In this document: positions 19,785-29,798 of the stretch, piece by piece
Numbering within the stretch: the first letter of the stretch is position 1
Layout of the letters: the number at the start of each line of letters is the position of its first letter
Origin: Candidatus Hermodarchaeota archaeon
Lineage (GTDB): Archaea; Asgardarchaeota; Hermodarchaeia; Hermodarchaeales; Hermodarchaeaceae
Direction: 5' to 3'
Assembly: GCA_016839805.1 (NCBI GenBank)
Contig: JAEOTO010000031.1
Span: 160,001-224,000, forward strand
Length of the DNA: 64,000 nt
Translations under genes and position numbers: made by a program
The notes under the pieces: generated by a model
What the model was told of the DNA's origin: nothing
The model's input: the letters and a program-made list of their open reading frames with translations, nothing else
The model's database searches: none

Positions 19785-21176
19785 GTGGTCCTGGGCATGA
19801 AAGGATATGCTAAATGGTTAGCCGTTGCCCTATTCGGGTTTACTCTACTGTTCTTTATTTCACCAGCCCAAGTCCAAGCCTTACCTCCAGACCAGTGGTT
19901 CCCCGGTGCTGAACGTTATTTCTTTGGCCATACCTTTGCCGAGGATTTATGGACGAATGATTCGATTGTCTTCGAGTCTCCGAATAACGACACCGTTCAG
20001 TTCATCGCCAGTTATGTCAATTACCAGGAAAGAGTAGGGAGCTTCCAAGCAATGCTTATTGCCCTAGGCGTTGTAGAAAATGAGAATGGAACCCAATCAA
20101 CGCTACCCTATCAGCTCTTTGGACTACACTATACGACACCCCAAGATCAAGATGTTTTTGTGGGATCACTGTTAGCGTTTCTCTTTGGATTCAATGACAC
20201 TGATAACAATGGTGTGCCTAGCCCAGGTGAAAATCGATTCTTCATTATACCTTATGGTTATAATGAAGGAAACACTACCAAACCCCTAACTATCGAATCG
20301 ATACCAGCAACCCAGCTAGGTGAAAACCAATATCGATTTGGGATACGTTACCAAAATCTATATGGACGACTCGTTTCTGCGAATACCGAAGGCGAATTCA
20401 TCGTCACACTTCTTCTTCCAATATTTGAAATCACTTTTAGTGAATTGACTGTTGTGTATGACATTCGAGTTGACACTGAAAGTGGAGAAATCACGACAGA
20501 AACCTATTACACAATCGGACAAGTAACCGATTTCAGGTTTTTAGGAACGTCAGTTCCTAACTTCCATGATGCGCTACAAAACATCGGGATTGGGGTGGCG
20601 CATCTAGGAATTATTCTCACTCAGAAGTATTTTGTACGTACAGCCGGAAGTACACCATATAGTGGTGTTAATCAAACGCTTGCGAATATTTACACCGATT
20701 TTCAGGGACAAAATCGTGCTTTTTCACTCACTACTCGTGGTACCTATGATGTTCTTAATGAGAGTACTACTCCATCAACTGTGCTGAATTCAAATTTACC
20801 AGCTTACAGCTGGGTGTTCTCACCAGATCCCGTTGATTTACTCTTAATGCTCTGGCAACTCCCGATATCAGCAGACATTTTTAGCATCTTTGCCTTCGCA
20901 ATGAGTGATTATCTTCAAAATCAATTTAATACCCCTCTCGACGTGTATAATCACAGAGAAACTGTATTCAATACAGCAGCATTCTGGTTTGGCGTTACTT
21001 TTCCGGAATCCCATGGTTATCGCGTGGAACATGATCCAGTGTATACAGCTTTTTCTGATATAGGCCAAGGACCTAGCCCATTTGGGTTGATAGTTTTGGG
21101 AACCATAGCGCTAATCGGTATTATTGTGGTTGTTCTCTTTGTCATCAGGGCTAATGGACGAAAGAAAAATGTCTAA
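19785..21176 (+). CDS. Secreted cell-surface glycoprotein, paralog A
   Basis: Signal peptide, NxT sites, C-terminal TM plus basic tail; shares GHTFAE, TLPYQLFG, YRVEHDPVYTA with 22272..23660. Confidence 0.8.
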   Translation: MVLGMKGYAKWLAVALFGFTLLFFISPAQVQALPPDQWFPGAERYFFGHTFAEDLWTNDSIVFESPNNDTVQFIASYVNYQERVGSFQAMLIALGVVENENGTQSTLPYQLFGLHYTTPQDQDVFVGSLLAFLFGFNDTDNNGVPSPGENRFFIIPYGYNEGNTTKPLTIESIPATQLGENQYRFGIRYQNLYGRLVSANTEGEFIVTLLLPIFEITFSELTVVYDIRVDTESGEITTETYYTIGQVTDFRFLGTSVPNFHDALQNIGIGVAHLGIILTQKYFVRTAGSTPYSGVNQTLANIYTDFQGQNRAFSLTTRGTYDVLNESTTPSTVLNSNLPAYSWVFSPDPVDLLLMLWQLPISADIFSIFAFAMSDYLQNQFNTPLDVYNHRETVFNTAAFWFGVTFPESHGYRVEHDPVYTAFSDIGQGPSPFGLIVLGTIALIGIIVVVLFVIRANGRKKNV

Positions 21177-21328
21177 CTCACTAATCGCTTACAAGATCTC
21201 ATGGAGCAACACTCCAATCGTCCTTTACCATATCCAGACCTCTTGTACGACTCAAGGAACAGTAGAGCGTGGACGATATGTATAAAGGCGCATCTTCGAC
21301 AGTGAATATAGAACTAGGAGCATAACAG

Positions 21329-22117
21329 GTGGACGTAGGTAAAACAGACTTGACGGGGATGAGCCGAGTAGTGACGAACCTGGATGAATTCCTTACAGCT
21401 ATTGGACATCCACTTCGTCGACAAATCCTCGAAACCATTTATGCCAATCCAGATATCACTTACTCCAAGATACTCAGCCGAGTGAACATCTCAAGCGGAA
21501 AGCTCAATTTTCATCTACAAAAGCTAGAATCCTTTCTCATCCAAGTCGACGGACAATATCGCATTTCCAATGAAGGATTGAAACTATATCGAACCTGGCA
21601 GATGTTAGAAAATCGACTTGATGGAAAAGAATCACCTAGAACTGCTACGACGGGATTCTTCGCGTTCCGTCGCGTGATTGCATTTTTTATTGATATAATT
21701 TTAATTTTAGCACTCTTGTTCATTGCTGCGGATTTGTCATCAATAACATTGGAAGCAGCATGGTGGCTGAATGGAATACCAGTTCCAGTCTTTGTAACGC
21801 GGATTATCGAAATGATGGTGCTTTATCCACCAGATCTAACTGTTGTGTTAATCCGGGCCTTCATATTAGCAATTATGTGGATGTACTTCACAATTATGGA
21901 GGGTTACCGAGGTCAGACACTAGGTAAAATGTTAGTAAGAGTCCAAATCGTCGATGTAAGCGGGGCTCGAATGGTTCCTCATGCCGCGGCTATTCGGGCG
22001 TTAACCAAGGTTCTGATTCTTCCTTTTGACATTCTCATTGGATTGATTAAATCACGAAAAGCCGGTTTTCTTCGCTTCTTCGGGCACTACACTCGCACCT
22101 GGGTTGTCCGCACCTAA
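21329..22117 (+). CDS. wHTH (ArsR-like) fused to an RDD membrane domain
   Basis: HPLRRQIL..SSGKLNFHLQKL; RRVIAFFID, GQTLGKML, PFD. Confidence 0.85.
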   Translation: MDVGKTDLTGMSRVVTNLDEFLTAIGHPLRRQILETIYANPDITYSKILSRVNISSGKLNFHLQKLESFLIQVDGQYRISNEGLKLYRTWQMLENRLDGKESPRTATTGFFAFRRVIAFFIDIILILALLFIAADLSSITLEAAWWLNGIPVPVFVTRIIEMMVLYPPDLTVVLIRAFILAIMWMYFTIMEGYRGQTLGKMLVRVQIVDVSGARMVPHAAAIRALTKVLILPFDILIGLIKSRKAGFLRFFGHYTRTWVVRT

Positions 22118-22171
22118 CAGAAACCCGATTATGACCTTATTTCTTACAGATTCCTTAGTAAACCGCAGTTT

Positions 22172-22208
22172 TCTAGACGGAAAACTAAACTTATCAGCTT
22201 CTTTAAAT
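22172..22208 (+). promoter_or_regulatory. Second copy of the operator/TATA element
   Basis: TCTAGACGGAAAACTAAACTTATCAGCTTCTTTAAAT. Confidence 0.5.
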
Positions 22209-22271
22209 TATTGAGTTCAGAGGGTTTTCTAACGAGTAACAACCTACCGATACCGGTGTAGGTGTGCTACT

Positions 22272-23660
22272 ATGATTAGAAAAAAGAACATACTTCCAAT
22301 AGTGGTTCTAGGCCTTGCGTTAGCGATTCTCTTTGCACCACTGACAGCTCAGGCAGTTCCCGATGAGACTTATATTCCTGGCAGTGAAGCAGCGATCTTC
22401 GATGGCCATACCTTTGCAGAAGCTGGTGGCTGGACAAGCGAAGTAAACATAACTGATGATGACACAGGCAACTGGATTCAGCTCTTTATGCACCACGTGA
22501 ATCACGGTTCGTTCCAAGCCGGTCTGTTAGCCCTTGGTGACATCTACATCGCTGAAAACAATACGCATGCCACACTTCCTTATCAGCTCTTTGGGATACA
22601 TTTCACAACTCCTACGGGTCGCGAATTATTCGCAGCTGCGAATTTTGCCTTCCTCTTTGCCTTCAATGATACTGATGGCAGCAACACAGTGAACCAACCC
22701 GAAGAGGAACGGTGGTTCGTCATTCCTTATGGCTGGGATGGTGGTAATCGCACGGCAACACCTGTCGTGTCAGCTATTACCATGGATACCAGTACGCCTG
22801 GCGAATATCGATTTGGCGTGAAATACGAAAACCTCTATGCACGAATCGTTGGAGGAAACCTCCTCGAATTCCTTCTTACTCTCAACTTACCACTCTTTGA
22901 GATCCAAATTAGTGAATTGACTTTTGAATACGTGATCACTGTTGATGACGACACTGGAGAAATCACAACCAAGACAGACTATACCATCGGTCAAGTCCTA
23001 GCTTTTTATGCACTAGGACAAGAAGTTCCCATCGGCGAGGTCCACACAGCCCTCCAAAATGTTACAATTGGTGCCGCACACTTCATTTCCGTGTTTGGCT
23101 CTAATTACTACAAACACACAGGGAACCAACTCACTCCCCGTCCTGCATCCCAATGGATCGCCGCGAACATCACAACCGATGCAGCTGGTCGACAGCGCGC
23201 CTTTGCTGTTGGTATTCGTGGAACCTGGGAAAAATACAACGAGACTCCGACAGGAAATGACCTCCTCAGCGACGATAATATTGCGTACAGTTGGATTCTT
23301 CAACCAGCGTTACTATCACCAGAAACGCTGCTTCTCCTCTGGCAACTTCCGCTCTCTGCTGATTTCTTCGCCACCTGGGCTTATGCTGTAGGAAGTCCTA
23401 CATTCCAGACACTCTATGATGGTCCACTTGACGTCTACGAGAATGCCACCTTAAACTTTAACACTGTTGCATTCTGGTATGCGGTCACCTTTCCGAAGTT
23501 CGGAGGTTACCGGGTAGAACACGACCCAGTGTATACCGCCTATTCCAACATCGGACAAGCGGCTCCAGGAATCCCTGGATTCCCATGGGAAGCCATCCTG
23601 ATCGGTGTGGTCGTCTGTTTAGTGGCAGTCTTTCTCGTTCGCAAACGGAAAAAAGTATAA
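22272..23660 (+). CDS. Secreted cell-surface glycoprotein, paralog B, with PGF-type sorting signal
   Basis: C-terminus IPGFPWEAILIGVVVCLVAVFLVRKRKKV (PGF, TM, basic tail). Confidence 0.8.
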   Translation: MIRKKNILPIVVLGLALAILFAPLTAQAVPDETYIPGSEAAIFDGHTFAEAGGWTSEVNITDDDTGNWIQLFMHHVNHGSFQAGLLALGDIYIAENNTHATLPYQLFGIHFTTPTGRELFAAANFAFLFAFNDTDGSNTVNQPEEERWFVIPYGWDGGNRTATPVVSAITMDTSTPGEYRFGVKYENLYARIVGGNLLEFLLTLNLPLFEIQISELTFEYVITVDDDTGEITTKTDYTIGQVLAFYALGQEVPIGEVHTALQNVTIGAAHFISVFGSNYYKHTGNQLTPRPASQWIAANITTDAAGRQRAFAVGIRGTWEKYNETPTGNDLLSDDNIAYSWILQPALLSPETLLLLWQLPLSADFFATWAYAVGSPTFQTLYDGPLDVYENATLNFNTVAFWYAVTFPKFGGYRVEHDPVYTAYSNIGQAAPGIPGFPWEAILIGVVVCLVAVFLVRKRKKV

Positions 23661-23688
23661 TCCTTCGGGAATAACACTCCTTCCTAGT

Positions 23689-23732
23689 ATCCGCTCGATT
23701 AGATGAGTCGGGCGGATCCTCTCTCCTTTTTT
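23689..23732 (+). terminator. Hairpin plus pyrimidine tract
   Basis: ATCCGCTCGATT/AGTCGGGCGGAT stem then CCTCTCTCCTTTTTT. Confidence 0.6.
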
Positions 23733-23821
23733 CACCTCAACTAGAGGAGGTGGTATTGAATTTTGTTTAGGGATTCGTAAGTTAGATGAGATTATAAACC
23801 CAAATAGTTAACACCGTTAAC

Positions 23822-24517
23822 ATGCCTGTTCGTGAAATCATCGAAATTGATGAAGAGAAATGCACTGGTTGCGGTGATTGTATCCCCAATTGTGCTGAAG
23901 GTGCCCTGCAGATCATCGACGGGAAAGCTAAGTTGATTCGAGATGATTTATGTGATGGGCTTGGAGCCTGTTTAGGGCACTGTCCAGAGGGCGCGTTACG
24001 GATAATTCATCGAGAAGCCCCTGAATTTGATGAAGAAGCTGTTGAAGAACACTTAGCTCAAATGAGCCCCCCTGGATGTGCTTCCTGCGATATGGTCGTT
24101 GACGGGTCCACAGTCGAGACTGCGTCTCAACTTGAAGGAGCGGTTATTCCTCTCGGGCAACGGCAATGGCCCATTGCTTTGCGATTAGTGCCAGTCCAAG
24201 CGTCTTACTTTAAAAATGCTGATTTGCTGATTGCGGCAGATTGTGTTCCCTTTGCCTATCCTGAGTTTCAACAGGACCTTTTACCAGACAAGGTCTTGGT
24301 GTATGGATGTCCAAAATTTGATAATGCCCAGGGATACGTCGAAAAGTTGACAGAGATATTTCGTCAGAATTCAATAAAACGGGTTACAATGGTAAAGATG
24401 GAAGTTCCATGCTGTTCTGGCCTTCAGCGGATTGTTGAAATCGCCGTAGGTCAATCCGGAAAAAGTATTCCAATTGAAAACGTCACCATTGCTGTCAAAG
24501 GAAAAAGAAAAGCATGA
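23822..24517 (+). CDS. 4Fe-4S ferredoxin-domain protein (family often found near hcp)
   Basis: CTGCGDCIPNCAEGA, CDGLGACLGHCP, QWP..L, AADC, GCPKFD, MEVPCC. Confidence 0.85.
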   Translation: MPVREIIEIDEEKCTGCGDCIPNCAEGALQIIDGKAKLIRDDLCDGLGACLGHCPEGALRIIHREAPEFDEEAVEEHLAQMSPPGCASCDMVVDGSTVETASQLEGAVIPLGQRQWPIALRLVPVQASYFKNADLLIAADCVPFAYPEFQQDLLPDKVLVYGCPKFDNAQGYVEKLTEIFRQNSIKRVTMVKMEVPCCSGLQRIVEIAVGQSGKSIPIENVTIAVKGKRKA

Positions 24518-25015
24518 TTAAGATTCAGTCCGACCGCGACTGATGTCATCGACTGCATGCTGAATTTCACCATAAGGTGGTTCGACCGTTATATTATCGC
24601 TAATCCATTTCCAGCGAATGAAGCCGTCTGGACTGATAACGAATACCGCACGTTTGCTAGACGTATAGCCATATATTCCTACAAGATCTTCTTGGACTAT
24701 ATCATAGGCACGAATCACAACCCGATTAAAGTCACTTAATATAGGAAAGGAAATTCGATTCTGCTCCGCAAATGCATGATTAGCGAAGGGATCACTCACG
24801 GTAATAGCAATAACTTGAGCGTTCACAGCCTCAAAGTTCGATAAGGAGTCACGAAGAGCACACAATTCCTGAGTACACACGTCTCCATAGGTAGCAGGAA
24901 AGAAGACGAGTACCACAGTTTTTCCTTTAAATTCCTTGAGGGTGCGGAGCTTACGGTCAGTATCATAGAGCTTGAACGGTGGAGCCGATTGACCAATTTG
25001 TAAGCGTGAAGACAT
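24518..25015 (-). CDS. Peroxiredoxin (AhpE/BCP-like)
   Basis: IGQSAPPFKL, FFPATYGDVCTQE, LSDFN, RAVFVI. Confidence 0.85.
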   Translation of the reverse strand: MSSRLQIGQSAPPFKLYDTDRKLRTLKEFKGKTVVLVFFPATYGDVCTQELCALRDSLSNFEAVNAQVIAITVSDPFANHAFAEQNRISFPILSDFNRVVIRAYDIVQEDLVGIYGYTSSKRAVFVISPDGFIRWKWISDNITVEPPYGEIQHAVDDISRGRTES

Positions 25016-25179
25016 GAACTACCCACTCTGAAAGTAATGGATTGATTTTTCCAAAAGCCTTCTGGATTATATATTTTTTAATATTAGCGTATAACAATGC
25101 ATGGGGTTTCAAAGAAAAAAGCTGTGGTTTTTTATATTATATCAACCATCTCATTCATTTGATTTCAATGAGGCCACTA

Positions 25180-25260
25180 ATGGGAGAAGATTATCCACAA
25201 GCTGTTCCCACTGATCCAAGCCGACCTTGGCCTTGGCCAATTCCTCCACCACCATTGTGA
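25180..25260 (+). CDS. Candidate 26-aa Pro/Trp-rich small peptide
   Basis: GAGG SD-like site just upstream of the ATG; MGEDYPQAVPTDPSRPWPWPIPPPPL; AT-rich promoter-like region upstream. Confidence 0.5.
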   Translation: MGEDYPQAVPTDPSRPWPWPIPPPPL

Positions 25261-25312
25261 TGCATAGAATAACACGAGTTCTGGGAACAAGACAGAGCAC
25301 CTAGTTTCTAAA

Positions 25313-26707
25313 CTAGATATCGTCTTCAACGACTTTCCATTGTTGTCGGGATTCTTGCCAGCGAGTAGTTGCATCGAGAAATGCATGTGATCCAATATTC
25401 TCTGCTTTTCGAAGCACCTCGATATTCTCTACGCCTTTTTCCCGACTTATTACCCGAACCAACTGCTGAGTGATAGAAGAACACCATATAGGTCGTTGAA
25501 AGGAAATTTCACAACCAACATCCGTGAAGAGGACAAAAGCGTAAGGCAGAAGAGTCGGTATTAATTTCACAAAATTAAGAGCTTCTGGTGAACACTGCAC
25601 GGATAAAATGATGAACTCTTCGAAGGAGGGAGCAACGAAATAGGCATAGGGAAAGAAAGCTTTTTCTTTCAATAACCTTTGTTCTCGCGCCCAGATTGTC
25701 TTTTTTGATAATTTGAATCCGAATTGTTTCAACATATCCTGTTTCCATTCAAAGTTACTCGGGCGAAGAATTATTCCAGCTAAGAGAGCCAGGAGATAGT
25801 CAACTTGATCAAATTGGAGAGGAGATTCAAATTTAAATTCCAAAGGTTCAGGAAGGAGATCACCATGTCTTTTCGTAAAATACAGAATTCCCTCAGAGAC
25901 GATGTTAGGATCAAGTAACCAGGATCCACTAGAGGGCTCATAAGCATCGAATGACATGCTGACCTGAGCCCCTATTCCTTTAAGAATTTGACAGGTATCA
26001 AAAAATTCGTTTTGGAGCATTTCAATTCTTTTGTGAAAAAATTTGAGTCCTTTAGGCTGATCGGGAATTTGATAACCCAGATAACCTCTGCGGTAATCTT
26101 CATCGAAAGAAAGGGTTCTGAGAAAGCGGGGTCTTCTTGTTCGGAATAATTCGCTAAGCGATTCTGAATGATTTAGAGATTTTGTCCGAAAATGAACAAT
26201 GAATTGAGTGAGTTTGAATTTCTGTGGGTCCTCTAATCCAGCAATCCTGAACGAAAAATAAGTTCGCAGAGATGTTATGTCTTTGGAAAGGCTTCGAAAA
26301 GAAATGCCAAGAGTTGTTGCGATTTGAGATTTCGATGCTAAAGGATTTTGATAATATTCATTGAGAATTTTTACCATCCGTGGAGTAAGTTTGAGAGTTG
26401 AATAGTCTTCAAACGTACAGGTCAATGAGTCCATTATTCGTTGGGGATCAGATATTTCATAGCGATCAATAAGAGCTAGACGGGATTCTAACGTTTCTAA
26501 AGCCGCTTTATCACCTGTTCCGACCCAATGTGAGATTAATGGATGATCTTGATAGGTAGTTTCCTTTTCTGTCAGTTGTTGACCAGTCATCCGTTTATTA
26601 ATTAATTTGACATTGGCCAGAAAATGTTCAAGGTCTGCTTTTTTAGCGGAACTAGGAATTCTCGTTAAAATGCGATCAAGAATGGTTTCCAATTCTTTTT
26701 GTTCCAT
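25313..26707 (-). CDS. Large wHTH regulator, tandem Lrp/AsnC-like architecture
   Basis: LTPRMVKILNEYYQNPLASKSQIATTLGISFRSL HTH; second degenerate HTH (DQVDYLL..LSKKTIWAREQRL). Confidence 0.65.
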   Translation of the reverse strand: MEQKELETILDRILTRIPSSAKKADLEHFLANVKLINKRMTGQQLTEKETTYQDHPLISHWVGTGDKAALETLESRLALIDRYEISDPQRIMDSLTCTFEDYSTLKLTPRMVKILNEYYQNPLASKSQIATTLGISFRSLSKDITSLRTYFSFRIAGLEDPQKFKLTQFIVHFRTKSLNHSESLSELFRTRRPRFLRTLSFDEDYRRGYLGYQIPDQPKGLKFFHKRIEMLQNEFFDTCQILKGIGAQVSMSFDAYEPSSGSWLLDPNIVSEGILYFTKRHGDLLPEPLEFKFESPLQFDQVDYLLALLAGIILRPSNFEWKQDMLKQFGFKLSKKTIWAREQRLLKEKAFFPYAYFVAPSFEEFIILSVQCSPEALNFVKLIPTLLPYAFVLFTDVGCEISFQRPIWCSSITQQLVRVISREKGVENIEVLRKAENIGSHAFLDATTRWQESRQQWKVVEDDI

Positions 26708-26872
26708 GACCTCTCACTTTTCATGCCCTAAGATGTTCCACTAATTATGTACCAATAAGCAATTTATCTTCTTTAAGTGACAGGTTTTTAGCCAAGGGTT
26801 TTTTGCCTAAAGCCTTTTGAACGGGCAGGTATGCTTCTAGAAGCTAGATTGGAGTCGTCGGAGGTTATTAGA

Positions 26873-28267
26873 ATGCAGCAGCCCAAACTAGGATTAATCA
26901 CCCCAAATGAGCTAGCACTATTTCTGGATTATTATGAGTTAACGAGTACAAAAGCTGACTTCGACCATGGTAACGAGGCGGTTGTGACCCAAGAGTATTT
27001 TGTGCGACAGTTGCCCTTTGGGGGCTATTTGATTGCTGCGGGATTAGAACAGGTAATCGCGTTTATTCTGAATCTACGCTTTGAAGAGAAGGACCTGGGA
27101 TGGTTGGAAGCAACTTCGGGTCCTGACTTTAAGGACGGATTTTTAGATTTTCTTATGAACTTCAAATTTAGTGGTTATATCTATGCTGTCCCTGAGGGCA
27201 CGGTGGTTTTTCCCAATGAACCCATCATCAATGTTACAGGTCCGACGCTTGAGGTACAACTCCTCGAAACGTACCTGTTGAATGTGATGAATTTTCAGTC
27301 TTTAGTCGCGACAAAGACGGTTCGGATGGTTGACATTGCCGAGCATCGAACCATCGTTGATTTTGGGGCTCGGCGTGCTCATGGTCGCGATGCAGCTGTG
27401 CTTGCTGCTAGGGCGGCGTATCTTGCAGGGGCGACTGGAACCTCGTTGGTTCTGGCGGGAAAAATGTGGGGGATACCATACATTGGCACGATGCCCCATG
27501 CTTTCATCATGAATCGACCCAATGAACTTCAGGCATTTCGTGAATATGCAGAATCGTTTCCCCATAATGCCATACTCTTAGTAGATACCTACGATTCGAT
27601 TGAAGGAGTAAATAACGCCATCATAATCGGGAAAGAACTTCGAGAAAGGGGACACCGATTGCAGGGTATCCGATTAGATAGTGGTGATCTGGTATCCCTT
27701 AGCAAGAAATCCCGTGAAATTCTGGATAAAGCCGGTTTTGAAGATGTTAAAATCTTCGTGAGTAGTGACCTCGATGAATATCGAATTGAAGAAATTATTC
27801 GGGAGGGCGCTCCCATTGATGGATTTGGTGTAGGTACACGCCTTGTCACCGGAGCGAATTTCAACTCCATTACTCGAGAAGGTGGTCCATCAGCCTTGCC
27901 GGGTGTCTATAAGCTAGTTGAAAGAATTGGCAAAGATGGCCATCCTATTCCTAAAACTAAGTTAAGCACCGATAAAGTTCTTCTTCCTTATCGCAAACAA
28001 GTGCATCGACATTCTGACGAGGACGGTAATTTCCATCGTGATACTGTGTCCCGGTGGGATGAACCAATCGCCGACGCAGAACCGCTACTCATTCCCATTA
28101 TCGAGAAAGGTCGTACGGTATACGGCTTTCCCGATCTGGAAGAGAGTAGAAAATACTGTCAGAGCCAACTTACACGTCTACCAAAACCGTATCGTCTTCT
28201 TGCTGATACTCCCATCTATCCCGTGAAACTAAGCCCTCAATTAGAAAAAGTCAGTAAGGTAGCCTAA
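26873..28267 (+). CDS. pncB: Nicotinate phosphoribosyltransferase
   Basis: DYYELT, DFGARRAH, GTMPH, LVDTYD, IRLDSGD, GFGVGT, VYKL. Confidence 0.95.
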   Translation: MQQPKLGLITPNELALFLDYYELTSTKADFDHGNEAVVTQEYFVRQLPFGGYLIAAGLEQVIAFILNLRFEEKDLGWLEATSGPDFKDGFLDFLMNFKFSGYIYAVPEGTVVFPNEPIINVTGPTLEVQLLETYLLNVMNFQSLVATKTVRMVDIAEHRTIVDFGARRAHGRDAAVLAARAAYLAGATGTSLVLAGKMWGIPYIGTMPHAFIMNRPNELQAFREYAESFPHNAILLVDTYDSIEGVNNAIIIGKELRERGHRLQGIRLDSGDLVSLSKKSREILDKAGFEDVKIFVSSDLDEYRIEEIIREGAPIDGFGVGTRLVTGANFNSITREGGPSALPGVYKLVERIGKDGHPIPKTKLSTDKVLLPYRKQVHRHSDEDGNFHRDTVSRWDEPIADAEPLLIPIIEKGRTVYGFPDLEESRKYCQSQLTRLPKPYRLLADTPIYPVKLSPQLEKVSKVA

Positions 28268-28380
28268 ACCAACAGAATTCGAGTAACTAAGACATGTCGA
28301 AAATAATTTCAAAATATTCCTTTCAGAACCCGCTCATCAACTAAGGTTGTTCAAGCAGAGTCATCGACCTTTTTTGATAT

Positions 28381-28920
28381 CTACTTCGGTAATTTCTTGA
28401 GTATGGTAGAAGCATCTGAAAGGGTTGCTCCATAATACTCCTTTAGATAGGCAAGACCAGATTCGTGATCTTCTACGGTGAAGGAATCTACGCCATCCTC
28501 CGGCACGATGATTTTGTACCCGCGGAAAAAGGCATCTGCCGCTGTATGCCGGACACAAAGGTGCGTGTGGAGTCCTGTGAGTATAACCTCTTTGACATTC
28601 CGGCTCCGGAGAATCGAGTCCAAGGGAGTCTCAAAGAAACTACTGTAAACGTGTTTTCCGACAATAATATCATCATCTTGGGGAGTAAGTTCCGGAATAA
28701 CTTCTGCACCTTCAGTGCCTTCAATGGCGTGAGCACCCCATCGATGCATTTCAAAGTCAGTATCCAAATGGCTATCATTTGCAAAAATTACCGGAAGCTT
28801 GTGTTTGTGAAAACTATCGATAAGTTTCCGTATGTGGGGGATAATCCGTTGGGCTCGATCACATTTGAGGGAGCCCGTCACAAAATCATTTAGCATATCG
28901 ACAACGATTAGTGCTTTCAT
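28381..28920 (-). CDS. pncA: Nicotinamidase/isochorismatase family hydrolase
   Basis: VVDMLNDF, D.H, HA, K..YSSF, T.LCV; adjacent to pncB. Confidence 0.75.
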   Translation of the reverse strand: MKALIVVDMLNDFVTGSLKCDRAQRIIPHIRKLIDSFHKHKLPVIFANDSHLDTDFEMHRWGAHAIEGTEGAEVIPELTPQDDDIIVGKHVYSSFFETPLDSILRSRNVKEVILTGLHTHLCVRHTAADAFFRGYKIIVPEDGVDSFTVEDHESGLAYLKEYYGATLSDASTILKKLPK

Positions 28921-29081
28921 TGTACTCAACACTGTTTAGAATTCACCGCATTAAAAGACTATTGAACTAGCTACAATCTTGCCTACAACGTTTCACTTAA
29001 CCATGTTAAGAAGTTCACTACAAATATAAAGAGGAACTGTCATCGCATCCAGTAACATTCCGATTCTGGAAGTGATGATGC

Positions 29082-29576
29082 ATGGAAATTAGCAAAGAAC
29101 TTCAAGATGCAATTAATGATCAAATTAACTTCGAACTTTACTCTGGTTACATTTATCTTTCCATGGCAGCGTATTTTGAATCCATTAATCTTTCAGGCAT
29201 GGCCCACTGGATGAAAATCCAAGCTGGAGAAGAATATGAACACGCCATGCGGTTTTGGGACCACGTCACCGATCGTGGTGGACGTATAATTCTTACTGAC
29301 ATTAAAGGTCCCACAACTGAATGGGATTCTCCCTTAGCTGCCTTTGAGAACGCTTATGAGCATGAAAAAATTGTCACCGAACGCATCTTCAAAATTGGTA
29401 AATTAGCAGAAAAGTTGGGTGATAAATCCGCGATTCCTATGCTCAACTGGTTCTATGATGAACAGGTTGAAGAAGAGGAACAAACCCAACGTATTGCTGA
29501 TTTGCTGAAGATGGTTGGCGATCAAAAGGGTGCCTTATTCATGCTTGATGGCAAACTTGGTCAGCGTGAGAAGTAA
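29082..29576 (+). CDS. ftnA: Ferritin
   Basis: QINFELYSGYIYLSM, EEYEHAM, AYEHE, WFYDEQVEEE. Confidence 0.95.
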   Translation: MEISKELQDAINDQINFELYSGYIYLSMAAYFESINLSGMAHWMKIQAGEEYEHAMRFWDHVTDRGGRIILTDIKGPTTEWDSPLAAFENAYEHEKIVTERIFKIGKLAEKLGDKSAIPMLNWFYDEQVEEEEQTQRIADLLKMVGDQKGALFMLDGKLGQREK

Positions 29577-29620
29577 AATTACTTAACTTCTAATGACGAA
29601 GTATTGAACAGTACAACCTT

Positions 29621-29667
29621 AGCAGTGGGTGGTATGACTCCACCCTGCTGCATTCCTTTTTCTTTTC
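29621..29667 (+). terminator. Hairpin plus pyrimidine tract after ferritin
   Basis: AGCAG.GGGTGG/CCACCCTGCT stem then TTCCTTTTTCTTTT. Confidence 0.55.
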
Positions 29668-29798
29668 ATTTCATTGAACTCAAGTTTCGTTGTTATAGTC
29701 AACCAATGAGACGCCTAGGACAATAGTAACTAATTATAAGGCAAATAAACAAATTCACCAACACCGAATTCCCTACACAATCAATGGGAGGTATGTAT

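Noticed and set aside
25042-25179. Longer 72-aa version of the peptide ORF
   Set aside because: The upstream part is very AT-rich and promoter-like; the ATG at 25180 has an SD-like site.
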